Part shown: positions 28,541 to 38,216 of the stretch, piece by piece
Layout of the letters: each line of letters opens with the position of its first letter
Position numbering within the stretch: the first letter of the stretch is position 1
Notes under the pieces: model-generated
Told to the model about the DNA's origin: nothing
Databases searched by the model: none
What the model saw: only the letters and a program-made list of their open reading frames with translations
Assembly (NCBI GenBank): GCA_043810595.1
Contig: JBDRNX010000032.1
Span: forward strand, 38,219 to 102,218
DNA length: 64,000 nucleotides
Direction: 5' to 3'
DNA from: an archaeon
Lineage (GTDB): Archaea > Nanobdellota > Nanobdellia > SCGC-AAA011-G17 > VGLX01
Made by a program: the position numbers and the translations under genes

Positions 28541-29893
28541 ATGTTAGACAAGCTTGGAGATTCGTTGAAAGGTACGCTGAAAAAGATAGCCCAAAGTCTC
28601 TTTGTTGACGAGCGTTTGATTGATGAGCTTGTTAAGGATATTCAGCGTGCTTTGCTCTCTGCTGACGTTAACGTCAAGCTCGTTTTTGACCTTTCCAAGT
28701 CGATTAAGGAGCGTGCCTTGAAGGAGGAGCCTCCGAAGGGCATGACCAAGAAGGAGTACCTCATTAAGATTGTTTACGATGAGCTTGTGAAGTTTTTGGG
28801 TGAGGAAAAGGCTGAGATTGTTATAACAAAGAAGAGGCCTTTCAAGATTATGATGGTTGGTTTGTTCGGTTCTGGTAAAACAACCAGTATCGGCAAGCTT
28901 GCTAAGTATTATTCAAAGCGCGGCTATAAGGTTGCTGCCCTTGGTTTGGATGTTCACAGGCCTGCTGCCATGGATCAGCTCGAGCAGGTTGCTAAGCACG
29001 CTCAGATTCCTTCTTTCATCGAGCGTAAGGAAAAGGACCCTGTTAAGATTTACAAGAGGTTTGAGCAGGATTTGAACAAGTATGACTTGGTTATTATCGA
29101 TACCGCTGGTCGTGACGCTCTTTCCAAGGATTTGGTTAAAGAGATTGAAACTCTCAACAAGGTAATAGGTCCTGATGAGAACCTGCTTGTTATTTCCGCT
29201 GACATAGGCCAGGCAGCGCAGAAGCAGGCGCAGCAGTTTCATGATTCCTGTCACATTACCGGCATAGTTGTTACCAAGATGGACGGTACTGCCAAGGCAG
29301 GTGGCGCTTTGTCTGCTTGTGCCGTTACTCAAGCGCCTATCAAGTTTATTGGCGTTGGCGAGAAGATTGATGACTTAGAGGAGTTTAATCCCAAAGGTTT
29401 TGTTTCTCGCTTGCTCGGCATGGGCGACCTTGAGGCTTTGTTGGAAAAAGCTAAGGAAGCCATGAGTGAGGAGCAGGCAAAGGACTTAAGCAAGAAAATG
29501 CTTAAGGGTGATTACAATTTTATCGATTTGTATGAGCAGATGCAGGCCATGAAGAAGATGGGTCCTCTTTCTAAGGTTGTTGATCTTATTCCGGGCATGG
29601 GGAATCTTAACATTCCGAAGGACATGTTGAAGGTTCAGGATGAGAAGCTTGAGAAGTGGAAGCATATTTTTAATTCTTGCACAAGGGAGGAGTTGGAGAA
29701 CCCTGATATCATCACAAGGTCGAGGATTGATAGGATTGCTAAGGGTGCTGGTGTTTCTACAGTTGATGTTCGTGAGTTGTTGAAGATGTACAAGCAGAGT
29801 AAGAAGCTTATGAAGTTGATGTCTGGTAAGGGTGCTCCTAAGGACCTTAACAAGTTGGTTAAGAAGTTTAAAGGCAAGAAAATGAAGTTCTGA
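28541..29893 (+). CDS. srp54: Signal recognition particle protein SRP54
   Basis: IMMVGLFGSGKTTSIGKLA, DTAGR and a Met-rich M-domain at the C-terminus. Confidence 0.9.
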   Translation: MLDKLGDSLKGTLKKIAQSLFVDERLIDELVKDIQRALLSADVNVKLVFDLSKSIKERALKEEPPKGMTKKEYLIKIVYDELVKFLGEEKAEIVITKKRPFKIMMVGLFGSGKTTSIGKLAKYYSKRGYKVAALGLDVHRPAAMDQLEQVAKHAQIPSFIERKEKDPVKIYKRFEQDLNKYDLVIIDTAGRDALSKDLVKEIETLNKVIGPDENLLVISADIGQAAQKQAQQFHDSCHITGIVVTKMDGTAKAGGALSACAVTQAPIKFIGVGEKIDDLEEFNPKGFVSRLLGMGDLEALLEKAKEAMSEEQAKDLSKKMLKGDYNFIDLYEQMQAMKKMGPLSKVVDLIPGMGNLNIPKDMLKVQDEKLEKWKHIFNSCTREELENPDIITRSRIDRIAKGAGVSTVDVRELLKMYKQSKKLMKLMSGKGAPKDLNKLVKKFKGKKMKF

Positions 29894-29927
29894 ACAGAAA
29901 GATTTATATTCTGTTATTTGTCTTAAT

Positions 29928-30524
29928 TTGTATATGCAAAAAAAGGGTCAGCTTACTATATTTATTATTATAGGAATAGTTATTCTTTTTGTTTTGGCAG
30001 TTGTTTATTTCACTGTGTATGCTCCTAAGCGGCCTGAGATACCTCCTGAGCAGTTTTCTGATGTCCAGAAGTATGTTGATTCTTGTGTTGAGCAGACCTT
30101 GCGTGACGGCGTCACGAGGCTTGGCAGGGGTCCTAACCCTGACTATGAAGGAGCTCTTGCTGATTACGTAAAATCTTACCTTGTTTATTGTCCTAATTTT
30201 ACCGCTGACTTTCCTGAATTGGTTGTTAAGCCGAAAGATATAGTTTCTGTTAACACTACTCTCACTTCTGATAAGTCTATGGTCAGTGCTGTTGTCATCT
30301 ACCCCATAAGCATTTCTAAGGGGGCTTATACTAAGAACCTTGAGAGGTTTTATGCTGAGTACAGTCTTGTTGAACGTGGTTGTGCCTCTGTTCCTGTTAA
30401 CGTTAATTGCAGGTACACAGGGAGTAGTACTGTTACGGTCAAGGTTACTGGAATAACCTTCACCTTTAATCCAGGAGACTTTGTTGGCATAGGTGGTGTT
30501 TGCATAGCTTGTAAGATAGGATGA
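29928..30524 (+). CDS. Pilin-like protein with class III signal peptide
   Basis: MYMQKKGQLTIFIIIGIVILFVLAVVYF. A KKG|Q site is followed by a 22-aa hydrophobic stretch. First gene of a surface-protein operon. Confidence 0.45.
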   Translation: MYMQKKGQLTIFIIIGIVILFVLAVVYFTVYAPKRPEIPPEQFSDVQKYVDSCVEQTLRDGVTRLGRGPNPDYEGALADYVKSYLVYCPNFTADFPELVVKPKDIVSVNTTLTSDKSMVSAVVIYPISISKGAYTKNLERFYAEYSLVERGCASVPVNVNCRYTGSSTVTVKVTGITFTFNPGDFVGIGGVCIACKIG

Positions 30525-32197
30525 GAAAAAATTTATTTTTTGGAATCTGCATAGTCTCTTTATTTATTCTTATGTCTTTTTCCGTGGATTCTTTCTCCGC
30601 TATTAACTCGTGGGTTTGTAAGGAGATAAGCGCAGAGGGCAATTTTGATGACGAGAATTTTTTGCAGACCGTTATAATAAATTGCGATGTAGAGTCTTAT
30701 CAATTCACTACAGACGATTCTACTGTTTTTTTCGTAGCCAACTTCAATATAGATGGGGGGGATAACTTAACCTTTCAGATTGAGGGTCCCAGCGGTGTTG
30801 TTTACAGGGAAGAGGAAGGGGTAATTCCAGTTTCCATGCCAAACAGGTATGGTTTTTATTCTATGGATATAGCTGGCAAGGCCCCCGGAACATATCATGC
30901 AAAGCTTTTCAATAACGAAACAGTTGTTATCGATAAAATGTTTAGGGTAGCTGTTCCAGATTATACTTGCGAGACTAACGGATTTTTCTGCTGCCCCCTG
31001 GATAAGATGTGTATTAACAGGGTTGATTCAAGGTATGTTTGTAATTCTGGTGGTGTTTGTTGCAAGCCTCTTGGTTGTGTTACTCCTGTTTCTGGTGAGT
31101 TGACTGTTACCATAGTCCCTGATTGTTCTGCTGAAGGGCTTGAGGAGTGCGACAGGGTGATCGGCAACGTTTACGATTACAGTATTCACGGTCCTTTGGA
31201 AAATCCTCAGATGATAGAGCTTTTCTTCCGTGATATTGACGTTGATTGTTTCAATAAGGTTAACGTTGTTGTTGCTGTTTATGATGAGTTGGGTCTCAAC
31301 GAAGATAGTGCGTGGAATACTTATGAGAGTACTGTTACTCAGCTTTCTGGAAGTTATTACAGTGTTTCTGCTCAGATAGATTACATTGGTTACATTGCCG
31401 TTATTAAGAACAACAAGTGTGTTCCTACCGATTGTTTCATACCAGGTTTCAACACAGTTCCGTTTGATGGGTTGGTTCTTGCCGGCGATCCTATCCAGCT
31501 TGGTGTTTGTCAGGTGACTAAAGAGTGTGATGCTTCTGCAGGGGATATTTGTAACCGTAAATGCACTCAAAATCTCGATCCGGATTGTGGTACATTAATT
31601 TGTACCAGCCAGATGAATGATTGCTGCAACCCCGAGTATGATAAGGTTTGTGATTTGGATTGTGCAATTCGTATGGATCCAGACTGTGCTGATGAGACAT
31701 ATTTGGGTGGTTTGTGTTATCCAAGCAGTCCTGAGAGGCGCGGCTTTGCTTCATGTGATATTCACTGTACAGGGGCTGATCCTAATTGTGGGTCGCCAGG
31801 TTGTAATCCAGTTACTGATGACACCTGTGATCCTAACTGTCCTAAGCTCTCTAACAGAGTGGGTTATCTTGATATCGATTGTTGCAGCGAACATGGTATT
31901 CCTGTAACTGATGCAGGCGGTGATTGTTGTAACAGTGTTGAGAACGGCGTTTGTGACCCTGACTGTGTGCCTGGTTTGGATCGTGATTGTAATAAGCCAA
32001 TAACCTGCAATCCGAATGGTGTTAAGGAGTCGTTTGAGCAGTGTGACGGAACCGATTTCGGCATTTATGCAGGTTGTGCTTCATACATGGGCGAGGGTTG
32101 CGAGGGTAACTTGACGTGCACCTCAGCTTGTAAGATTGATAGTAGTGAATGTCAGTGCACTGATGATAATGGTGATGGTAATGGTAATGGATGGTGA
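30521..32197 (+). CDS. Secreted cysteine-rich protein with repeated Cx(n)DPDC/DPNC motifs
   Basis: N-terminal signal peptide. C-terminal half has about 40 Cys with recurring DPDC (CTQNLDPDCG, IRMDPDCAD, GADPNCGSPGC, CDPNCPK, CDPDCVPGLDRDC). Confidence 0.45.
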   Translation: MRKNLFFGICIVSLFILMSFSVDSFSAINSWVCKEISAEGNFDDENFLQTVIINCDVESYQFTTDDSTVFFVANFNIDGGDNLTFQIEGPSGVVYREEEGVIPVSMPNRYGFYSMDIAGKAPGTYHAKLFNNETVVIDKMFRVAVPDYTCETNGFFCCPLDKMCINRVDSRYVCNSGGVCCKPLGCVTPVSGELTVTIVPDCSAEGLEECDRVIGNVYDYSIHGPLENPQMIELFFRDIDVDCFNKVNVVVAVYDELGLNEDSAWNTYESTVTQLSGSYYSVSAQIDYIGYIAVIKNNKCVPTDCFIPGFNTVPFDGLVLAGDPIQLGVCQVTKECDASAGDICNRKCTQNLDPDCGTLICTSQMNDCCNPEYDKVCDLDCAIRMDPDCADETYLGGLCYPSSPERRGFASCDIHCTGADPNCGSPGCNPVTDDTCDPNCPKLSNRVGYLDIDCCSEHGIPVTDAGGDCCNSVENGVCDPDCVPGLDRDCNKPITCNPNGVKESFEQCDGTDFGIYAGCASYMGEGCEGNLTCTSACKIDSSECQCTDDNGDGNGNGW

Positions 32198-32231
32198 TAT
32201 TAAGTATGCAGATGAAGAGTGGTGATAAGGT

Positions 32232-35200
32232 TTGAAAAAATCCACTAAAAAGGTGATATACTTTATTTCTATAGCTATTTTGCTCATTTTTTTGGTAGTT
32301 TTAAGCTCTTCGTGTGACGATGATAAAGACGATTATTGTAGGGCCCCGAAGACTATTATGGGCTATTGTCACACAGAATGCGGTTCTCCTGCTGAATGTC
32401 ACCTTGCATACCCTGGTGATATAGGTACTGGTTGCAAGTTCGGGCAAGTATGTAATGATAATTGTCAGTGTGAGTGGGTGGACCAGGATTTAGATGGTTT
32501 TCCTTCCAAGAACATAGGATACATGCATTATACCAAGGATTGTGACGATAAAGACCCCACTGTTTTCCCTGGTGCTCCTGAGATTTGCGACAACAAGGAT
32601 AACGATTGTAATAATAAGGTTGACGTAGATGAGGGCGGTGTTTGTGATAAGCATGTTTATTTCTGTAAGTCTGATAACTTTAATACCCCCCTTGAAAGTT
32701 GTACCGATGGTCTGTGGTGTTCTGCTGAAACCATTAATACTTCAGCTGCTTGCAAATACACCACCACAATTGGGGATATAGGCACTCAGCCAGTTAAGAC
32801 TTTTGTTTGTGACAACTTCTTCCAGGACGGTGACTACGGTTGTTACAAGTTCGTTAACGGAGCGTTTAGTGTTGTGACTAGTTGCGATAACGATAACGAG
32901 CTTGATGAAACTGAAGAATGTGACGGCACTAATCTCGATGGTAAGAGTTGTGAATACTTCGGTTATTTAGGTGGAACTCTGAAGTGTGACAGGTGTACTT
33001 TTGACTTTGATGATTGTACAGGTGTTGTTTGCGATCATGATAATTTCAAGGATCCTGGTGAGGAATGTGACGGCACCGATTTGAACGGTAAGACTTGTCA
33101 GTATTTCGGTTTGCCTGGAAACGTCTTGACTTGTAACGATGTTTGCTTGTTTGATAAGAGGGGCTGTACAGGTGGTGTTGCTGAGTGTGGTAATAACGTT
33201 GTTGAAGCTGGTGAGACTTGTGACGGCTTCAACTTGAACGGTATGACTTGCAGTGATTTCGATTCTTACACAGGGGGCACTTTGGTTTGTAATGCGCCAG
33301 GTACTGTTAAGGAATGTCATTTCAACACAGCCAGTTGTACTCCTGATAATCCAGGCATCTGTGGTAATAATCAGATAAATGATGGTGAGGAGTGTGACGG
33401 CATGAATCTTGATGGTAAGAGCTGTACAGACTTTGATAATTTCATCAGCGGTTCTTTGAGTTGTTATCCTCAGGGTAACGCTCTTGCTTGTCTACTTGAT
33501 ACAAGTCAGTGTGTCGCTCCTCAGCCCGTCTGCGGTAACGCAATAGTGGAGTCTGGTGAGGAGTGTGACGGTTCAAATCTGAACGGTCAGTCTTGTACCT
33601 CTATGGGCTTTGCTGGTGGTACTTTGTTGTGTGAGGTTGATTGCAGCTATGATTACAGCAGCTGTGAGAGCGTATCTTGTGATAACGATAACGCTGCCGA
33701 GCCTGGCGAGGCTTGTGACGGTACGGATCTCGATGGCAGGATTTGTCAGTTCTTCGGCTTTACTGGCGGAACTCTTGAGTGCAGTAATAATTGTGAGTTT
33801 AATTTCACTAAATGTAATAATTATGTATGTGATAATGATGGGGTTGCTGAGCCTGGCGAGGTTTGTGACGGTGATGATTTGAGGGATTGGACTTGCAATG
33901 ACTTGGACATGTTCACGGGAGGCCTGTTGCAATGTACTGATCTGTGTATGTTTGACAGGAGTGAGTGCAGTTTGATTTGTGATAACAATAACGTCGCTGA
34001 ATCTGGTGAGGAGTGTGACGGCAGTGACTTGAGAGGCAAGGACTGCAGTAACTTCGGAAGGTTCGGCGGATTCCTTCTTTGTAGCTTGTCATGTAAGTAT
34101 GACCTGGGCAGTTGCGGTCCTTCCTGTTTGGAGGATTGGGATTGTACTGCTTGGACGAACTGTTCCAAGATGTCCGATAACACAACTAGGGTTTGTACAG
34201 ACTTAACTGGTTGTGGTACTGAATATTCGAAGCCTAACGAGTTGAAGCCTTGTGACCCCGCAGTATGTGTAGATGATGATAACGATGGTTATTGTGCTTG
34301 CTTCGGTGATGCTGTTGGTTGCGATTGTGATGATACCCTTGCTGCGATACATCCTGACGCTAATGAGCTTTGCAACGGTGAGGATGATAATTGTGATGCC
34401 ACGATTGATGAGGGATGCCCTTGCGAGTTTAACACCACACGTATTTGCGGTGTTGATGAGGGTTTGTGCAGGGAAGGCATCCAGCGCTGCTTGAACGGCT
34501 TCTGGAGTTTCTGTAGCAGTAACTACATAGGTCCAAGACCGGAAGTTTGTGATAACGGTTTGGATGAGGATTGTGATGGTTATCCTGATGATGGTTGTAT
34601 CTGTGAGAATAATGCCACGCAGGAATGCGGCACAGATGTTGGTGAGTGTGAGAAGGGTACTCAGATTTGTTTCGGAGGTAACTGGACTGCTTGTTCAGGT
34701 GCCAAGACTGAAACTGCTGAGGTTTGCTCAGGTAAGAAGGATGAGGACTGTGATACTTTAATAGATTGTGATGATGATTCTTGCTTGATCAGCTCGGTTT
34801 GTGAAGATGGCGGTCCGGGTGGGCCAACTCCAACCTGCTTTGATAAGACTAAGAACCAGGGTGAGGAGGGCGTTGATTGTGGAGGTCCGTGCCCTGCTTG
34901 TCAGGAACTTTGTGGTTATGGCGAGATAACTTCCGAATGTTTGTGCGAAAGCGTTAAGAGAACTTCGGGTTACTGTTGCGGCGGCAATAGGTATCAGATT
35001 AATTCTTGCACATCTGGTTGTACAGATTCTGATGGGGATACTTTGTGTGATGAGGATGAGATACGTGACGGTACAGACCCGAACAATCCCGATACTGATG
35101 GTGATGGAATTAACGATAATGAGGACAGCTGGCCTCGCTGCAACCAGGACGGGAAGTGTGACTCTTCAAAAGATTACCCTGAAGACGCTGATAACTGTCC

Positions 35201-35615
35201 GGACGATTGTGGAGGTAAGAAAAAAGGTGGTGGCCTTGGCCTGTTGTGGTGGATTATTATAATACTTCTAATCTTGATAGTGTGTGCTATTACCGCTTAC
35301 TTTTTGATAAAGAAGGATATAATCAAGTTGAAGAAGAAAAAGAAGGAAGAGCCCAAGGTTGTTTTGGGTAAGCCTATGATGAAGTTCGGTGCCGGTACCA
35401 TTCAGCCGATTACCACTAAGAAGCCGGTGAGGGATGTTTCAAAGCTTGTTTCTTACATTGGGGGTTCTATAAAGAAGGGTGAGTCAAGGTTGAAGTTGAG
35501 GGAGTCTGCTTTGAAGGCCGGCTGGGGTAACGAGGAGATTAACAAGGCTTTCGAAAGCATAGATAAGGGTAGGAAGCAGTCCAACAAGAAGTTCTTCAGC
35601 CTGTTCAAGAAATAA
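32232..35615 (+). CDS. Giant (1127 aa) cysteine-rich repeat surface protein with C-terminal TM anchor and basic cytoplasmic tail
   Basis: Signal peptide. Eight ~45-aa repeats of form C(G/D)N..(E/P)GEECDG.(N/D)L.G..C..FG...G(T)L.C...C.FD...C, reminiscent of Myxococcus-type Cys-rich repeats. TM helix LGLLWWIIIILLILIVCAITAYFLI near the C-terminus. Lys-rich tail. Confidence 0.6.
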   Translation: MKKSTKKVIYFISIAILLIFLVVLSSSCDDDKDDYCRAPKTIMGYCHTECGSPAECHLAYPGDIGTGCKFGQVCNDNCQCEWVDQDLDGFPSKNIGYMHYTKDCDDKDPTVFPGAPEICDNKDNDCNNKVDVDEGGVCDKHVYFCKSDNFNTPLESCTDGLWCSAETINTSAACKYTTTIGDIGTQPVKTFVCDNFFQDGDYGCYKFVNGAFSVVTSCDNDNELDETEECDGTNLDGKSCEYFGYLGGTLKCDRCTFDFDDCTGVVCDHDNFKDPGEECDGTDLNGKTCQYFGLPGNVLTCNDVCLFDKRGCTGGVAECGNNVVEAGETCDGFNLNGMTCSDFDSYTGGTLVCNAPGTVKECHFNTASCTPDNPGICGNNQINDGEECDGMNLDGKSCTDFDNFISGSLSCYPQGNALACLLDTSQCVAPQPVCGNAIVESGEECDGSNLNGQSCTSMGFAGGTLLCEVDCSYDYSSCESVSCDNDNAAEPGEACDGTDLDGRICQFFGFTGGTLECSNNCEFNFTKCNNYVCDNDGVAEPGEVCDGDDLRDWTCNDLDMFTGGLLQCTDLCMFDRSECSLICDNNNVAESGEECDGSDLRGKDCSNFGRFGGFLLCSLSCKYDLGSCGPSCLEDWDCTAWTNCSKMSDNTTRVCTDLTGCGTEYSKPNELKPCDPAVCVDDDNDGYCACFGDAVGCDCDDTLAAIHPDANELCNGEDDNCDATIDEGCPCEFNTTRICGVDEGLCREGIQRCLNGFWSFCSSNYIGPRPEVCDNGLDEDCDGYPDDGCICENNATQECGTDVGECEKGTQICFGGNWTACSGAKTETAEVCSGKKDEDCDTLIDCDDDSCLISSVCEDGGPGGPTPTCFDKTKNQGEEGVDCGGPCPACQELCGYGEITSECLCESVKRTSGYCCGGNRYQINSCTSGCTDSDGDTLCDEDEIRDGTDPNNPDTDGDGINDNEDSWPRCNQDGKCDSSKDYPEDADNCPDDCGGKKKGGGLGLLWWIIIILLILIVCAITAYFLIKKDIIKLKKKKKEEPKVVLGKPMMKFGAGTIQPITTKKPVRDVSKLVSYIGGSIKKGESRLKLRESALKAGWGNEEINKAFESIDKGRKQSNKKFFSLFKK
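32877..34125 (+). repeat. Eight tandem ~135-nt coding repeats (Cys-rich modules) inside the 1127-aa gene
   Basis: Recurrent GEECDG / GETCDG / GEACDG / GEVCDG cores at ~45-aa spacing. Confidence 0.6.
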
Positions 35616-35646
35616 GTTTTTAAACTGTTCTTTTTTCTTTCTCATC

Positions 35647-36264
35647 ATGAAGAAGGTTATTGGCCGCGGTGCAGAAGCCATACTTTATCTTGAAGATGGT
35701 AAAGTGGTTAAACAGAGAGTAAGGAAGGGTTACCGTCATCCAGAAATAGACATGAGGATCAGGAAGTTTTGTACTCGTCGTGAGAATAAGCTTCTTTTTT
35801 CAGCGTCTTCTCTCATTAACGTTCCCAAGGTTTTTGAGTTTTCCGATTCAGATATGAGGATAGTTATGGAGTTCGTTGAAGGCGATACTGTGAGGGATGT
35901 GCTCGATGATATGCCCAAAGCTAAGCGTCTCGAGCTCTGCCGTGAGCTTGGCAAGTCTGTTGCTCTGTTGCACGATGCTAACATAATCCATGGCGATTTG
36001 ACAACTTCTAACTTCATACTCAAGGGGGGTAAGATTTTTTTCATAGATTTCGGTCTCGGTTTTTTTTCGAACAAGGTTGAGGACAAGGCCGTTGACTTGC
36101 ATCTCCTCAGGCAGGCCTTGGAGAGTAAGCATTACAGGCATTTCGAGGAGTGTTTCGACGCTGTCTTGGAAGGTTACAGGGATACCGGATTGAATGCCGA
36201 GGCTGTTCTTGATCGTTTTGTTGTTGTTGAGAAGAGAGGTAGGTACAAGAGGAAGGGCAGTTGA
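35647..36264 (+). CDS. bud32: KEOPS complex kinase Bud32 (Kae1-associated kinase)
   Basis: GAEAILYL, IHGDLTTSNFIL and FIDFGLG atypical RIO-like kinase motifs. ~205 aa. Confidence 0.8.
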   Translation: MKKVIGRGAEAILYLEDGKVVKQRVRKGYRHPEIDMRIRKFCTRRENKLLFSASSLINVPKVFEFSDSDMRIVMEFVEGDTVRDVLDDMPKAKRLELCRELGKSVALLHDANIIHGDLTTSNFILKGGKIFFIDFGLGFFSNKVEDKAVDLHLLRQALESKHYRHFEECFDAVLEGYRDTGLNAEAVLDRFVVVEKRGRYKRKGS

Positions 36265-36334
36265 GAAAATTTTTTAAAGGCTATCTGATTTATCATGCCA
36301 AGAGGTGATTTTATGGCTGGTTCATGTTGTGGCT

Positions 36335-37192
36335 CTAAGAAGAAAAAGAAGAAACAAATTTTATTTTTCTTTTTTTATAATAAACTGCTATTATTATCGC
36401 TGCTTCTATTAAGAATACGTAGATGATGATTGGCCATATCGTTCTTGACAGTTCAGCGTTTGAAAAAACGAGTATAAGCGCAAAGATGTAATACGCCGCT
36501 CTTGACAATACCGCCAGGGTTAGGTATTTTGTTTTGATCTCTTCTTTCTGTTTTAGTTTCCATAAAGCCAATGTCGCTATGAGCATTGAGATTATTATGA
36601 ACCATATCAGGTAAGTGTATTGGCTTGGATCAATTCCCAGCATGTCCACTATGAATGCCTCTCCTGTTGCAATTAAAACAAAGAGTATGTATGCAACTAT
36701 CGGCACGGCCCATTTTTCTTCGAGTTCATCGTAGCAGAATACCAGCGCCAGGGTTATCAGCATCCAGGATATGAAGTTGCTTGCAGGCACTCCGAACAGT
36801 CCTTGTGTTGCATCATAACCGATCCACGTCCAGTACCCTTGTTTTACTGCGAAGAATTCAAGTGCGAAGTCCACGAGCAGGACCAGTATTGGTGTTAGGA
36901 ATATCCTTCCGACTTTGTTTGTGAGTTTTGTTGCGATTAAGTACGCGTTTAATATTATTATTCCCCATGACAGTATCACGAAGAGTGGTGTTTTGTATAT
37001 GAAGAGGAGGAATTGTTCGCTGTAGTAGTATCCCCCGACCTGGTTTTGGAATAGTATTACATGCAGGTTCTCGAACAGGGCTGCAAATACGGTAGCTATT
37101 ATGAGCAGGTCTAATTTTTTTGTTTTCTTCGCTATGTATATGTTGAAAATGAATAGTAATATTATGCCTAATTCTACAAATAGATGGAACAA
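36335..37192 (-). CDS. Polytopic membrane protein, unknown function
   Basis: Seven to eight hydrophobic helices. Confidence 0.4.
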   Translation of the reverse strand: MFHLFVELGIILLFIFNIYIAKKTKKLDLLIIATVFAALFENLHVILFQNQVGGYYYSEQFLLFIYKTPLFVILSWGIIILNAYLIATKLTNKVGRIFLTPILVLLVDFALEFFAVKQGYWTWIGYDATQGLFGVPASNFISWMLITLALVFCYDELEEKWAVPIVAYILFVLIATGEAFIVDMLGIDPSQYTYLIWFIIISMLIATLALWKLKQKEEIKTKYLTLAVLSRAAYYIFALILVFSNAELSRTIWPIIIYVFLIEAAIIIAVYYKKRKIKFVSSFSS

Positions 37193-37367
37193 TTTTTCAC
37201 CTCTTAATCATTTATTCCAGCCAATTTTCTACTTTCTTTTTACTGAGTAAAATATAATTTATAAAACTTCTTGTTTTACCTTTCTAATTTATTATATACC
37301 TTAAGGTATAAGAAGTCACGACAAGTATGCGCGCAGCCTTAATAAACCCATCTAAATTATTTTAATT

Positions 37368-38000
37368 ATGGAGATAAATCCTGAAATAGCTGAGCTTTGT
37401 GGCATCATTTTAGGAGATGGTCACTTACATAATACTGAGAACAGGATTACCATAACTGGTTCTGTAGATGACTTACATTACTACAAAGGATATGTCATAC
37501 CTTTATTTCAGAAAAACTTTGGAGAAACTCCAAAGTTAGTGCCAGTCAAAGATAAAAATGCGTGGAAATTAGTATTACAAAATAAGGTGGTTTTTATGTT
37601 TTTTATTAATGAACTGGGTTTAGTGAGAGGTAGGAAGACAAATATAAAAATTCCGACAAGGATATCCTGCTCTAGAGAACTGCTAATCCCTTTCATGAGA
37701 GGGTTATTTGATACGGATGGTTACCTAAAATTTGCTAAACAAAACAGAGATGTTAATTATTACCCTCGAATGAGGCTTACTTTGTATAAAAATGAACTTT
37801 CGCTTAGTCTGTCTAAAGTTTTTAAAAAGTTAAATTTTAACTTTAATAAATGTGTAGATAGAAGATATAACACAATATGCTATGAAATCTCTGGGTCTAT
37901 GATGTTAAATAGGTGGATGGAAATGATAGGTACTTCTAACCCTAAACACCTTGTCAAATACTTTCTTTGGAAAAGACAAGGTTACGTATCTATTATATAA
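37368..38000 (+). CDS. LAGLIDADG homing endonuclease, two-motif monomeric type, free-standing
   Basis: Motif 1 LCGIILGDGHL and motif 2 FMRGLFDTDGYL. Own AT-rich upstream region with TTTATAAAA. Confidence 0.7.
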   Translation: MEINPEIAELCGIILGDGHLHNTENRITITGSVDDLHYYKGYVIPLFQKNFGETPKLVPVKDKNAWKLVLQNKVVFMFFINELGLVRGRKTNIKIPTRISCSRELLIPFMRGLFDTDGYLKFAKQNRDVNYYPRMRLTLYKNELSLSLSKVFKKLNFNFNKCVDRRYNTICYEISGSMMLNRWMEMIGTSNPKHLVKYFLWKRQGYVSII

Positions 38001-38052
38001 AAAGAAATGTTTATAAACAAATTTTATTGCTAATTCTCAAGGATAGCCCTAT

Positions 38053-38168
38053 AGCCCCGTAGAAGAGAAAAAACTCTGCGGAATGTAGCGGCCAAATTAG
38101 GTCAAAACTAAGGCGATTCATTCCGCCCTTTGGAGGCGGAGACGGAGGTTCAAATCCTCCCGGGGCTA
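38053..38168 (+). tRNA. tRNA gene with a ~44-nt insertion. Identity uncertain; possibly Gln(UUG) with an intron between the D-arm and the anticodon stem.
   Basis: Hand-folded. Acceptor AGCCCCG/CGGGGCT. T-arm GGAGG-TTCAAAT-CCTCC. Candidate anticodon arm CCGCC-CTTTGGA-GGCGG. 8-bp hairpin GCGGAATG/CATTCCGC. Tandem ATAGCCC duplication at the 5' end. Confidence 0.45.
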
Positions 38169-38216
38169 TCCTTTCTTTTCACAATCTTTATATATTTATT
38201 CTCCTTACAATTGTTT

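Noticed and set aside
32877-34125. Regularly spaced ~135-nt repeats, considered as a possible CRISPR array
   Set aside because: The repeats are in-frame protein-coding modules (Cys-rich domains) with divergent sequence. They are not short identical direct repeats with unique spacers. No cas genes are nearby. No CRISPR array was found anywhere in the window.
36264-36335. Tiny Lys-rich ORF (MAGSCCGSKKKKKKQILFFFF...) between bud32 and the membrane protein gene
   Set aside because: Too short and low complexity. It lies in an AT-rich intergenic or terminator region.
38041-38171. Possibility that the tRNA-like gene is tRNA-Sec (9-bp acceptor stem GGATAGCCC/GGGCTATCC)
   Set aside because: No UCA anticodon loop can be placed. 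The T-stem is 5 bp rather than 4. No selenocysteine machinery is evident. The 9-bp pairing arises from a tandem ATAGCCC duplication and more likely represents a leader/trailer processing stem.
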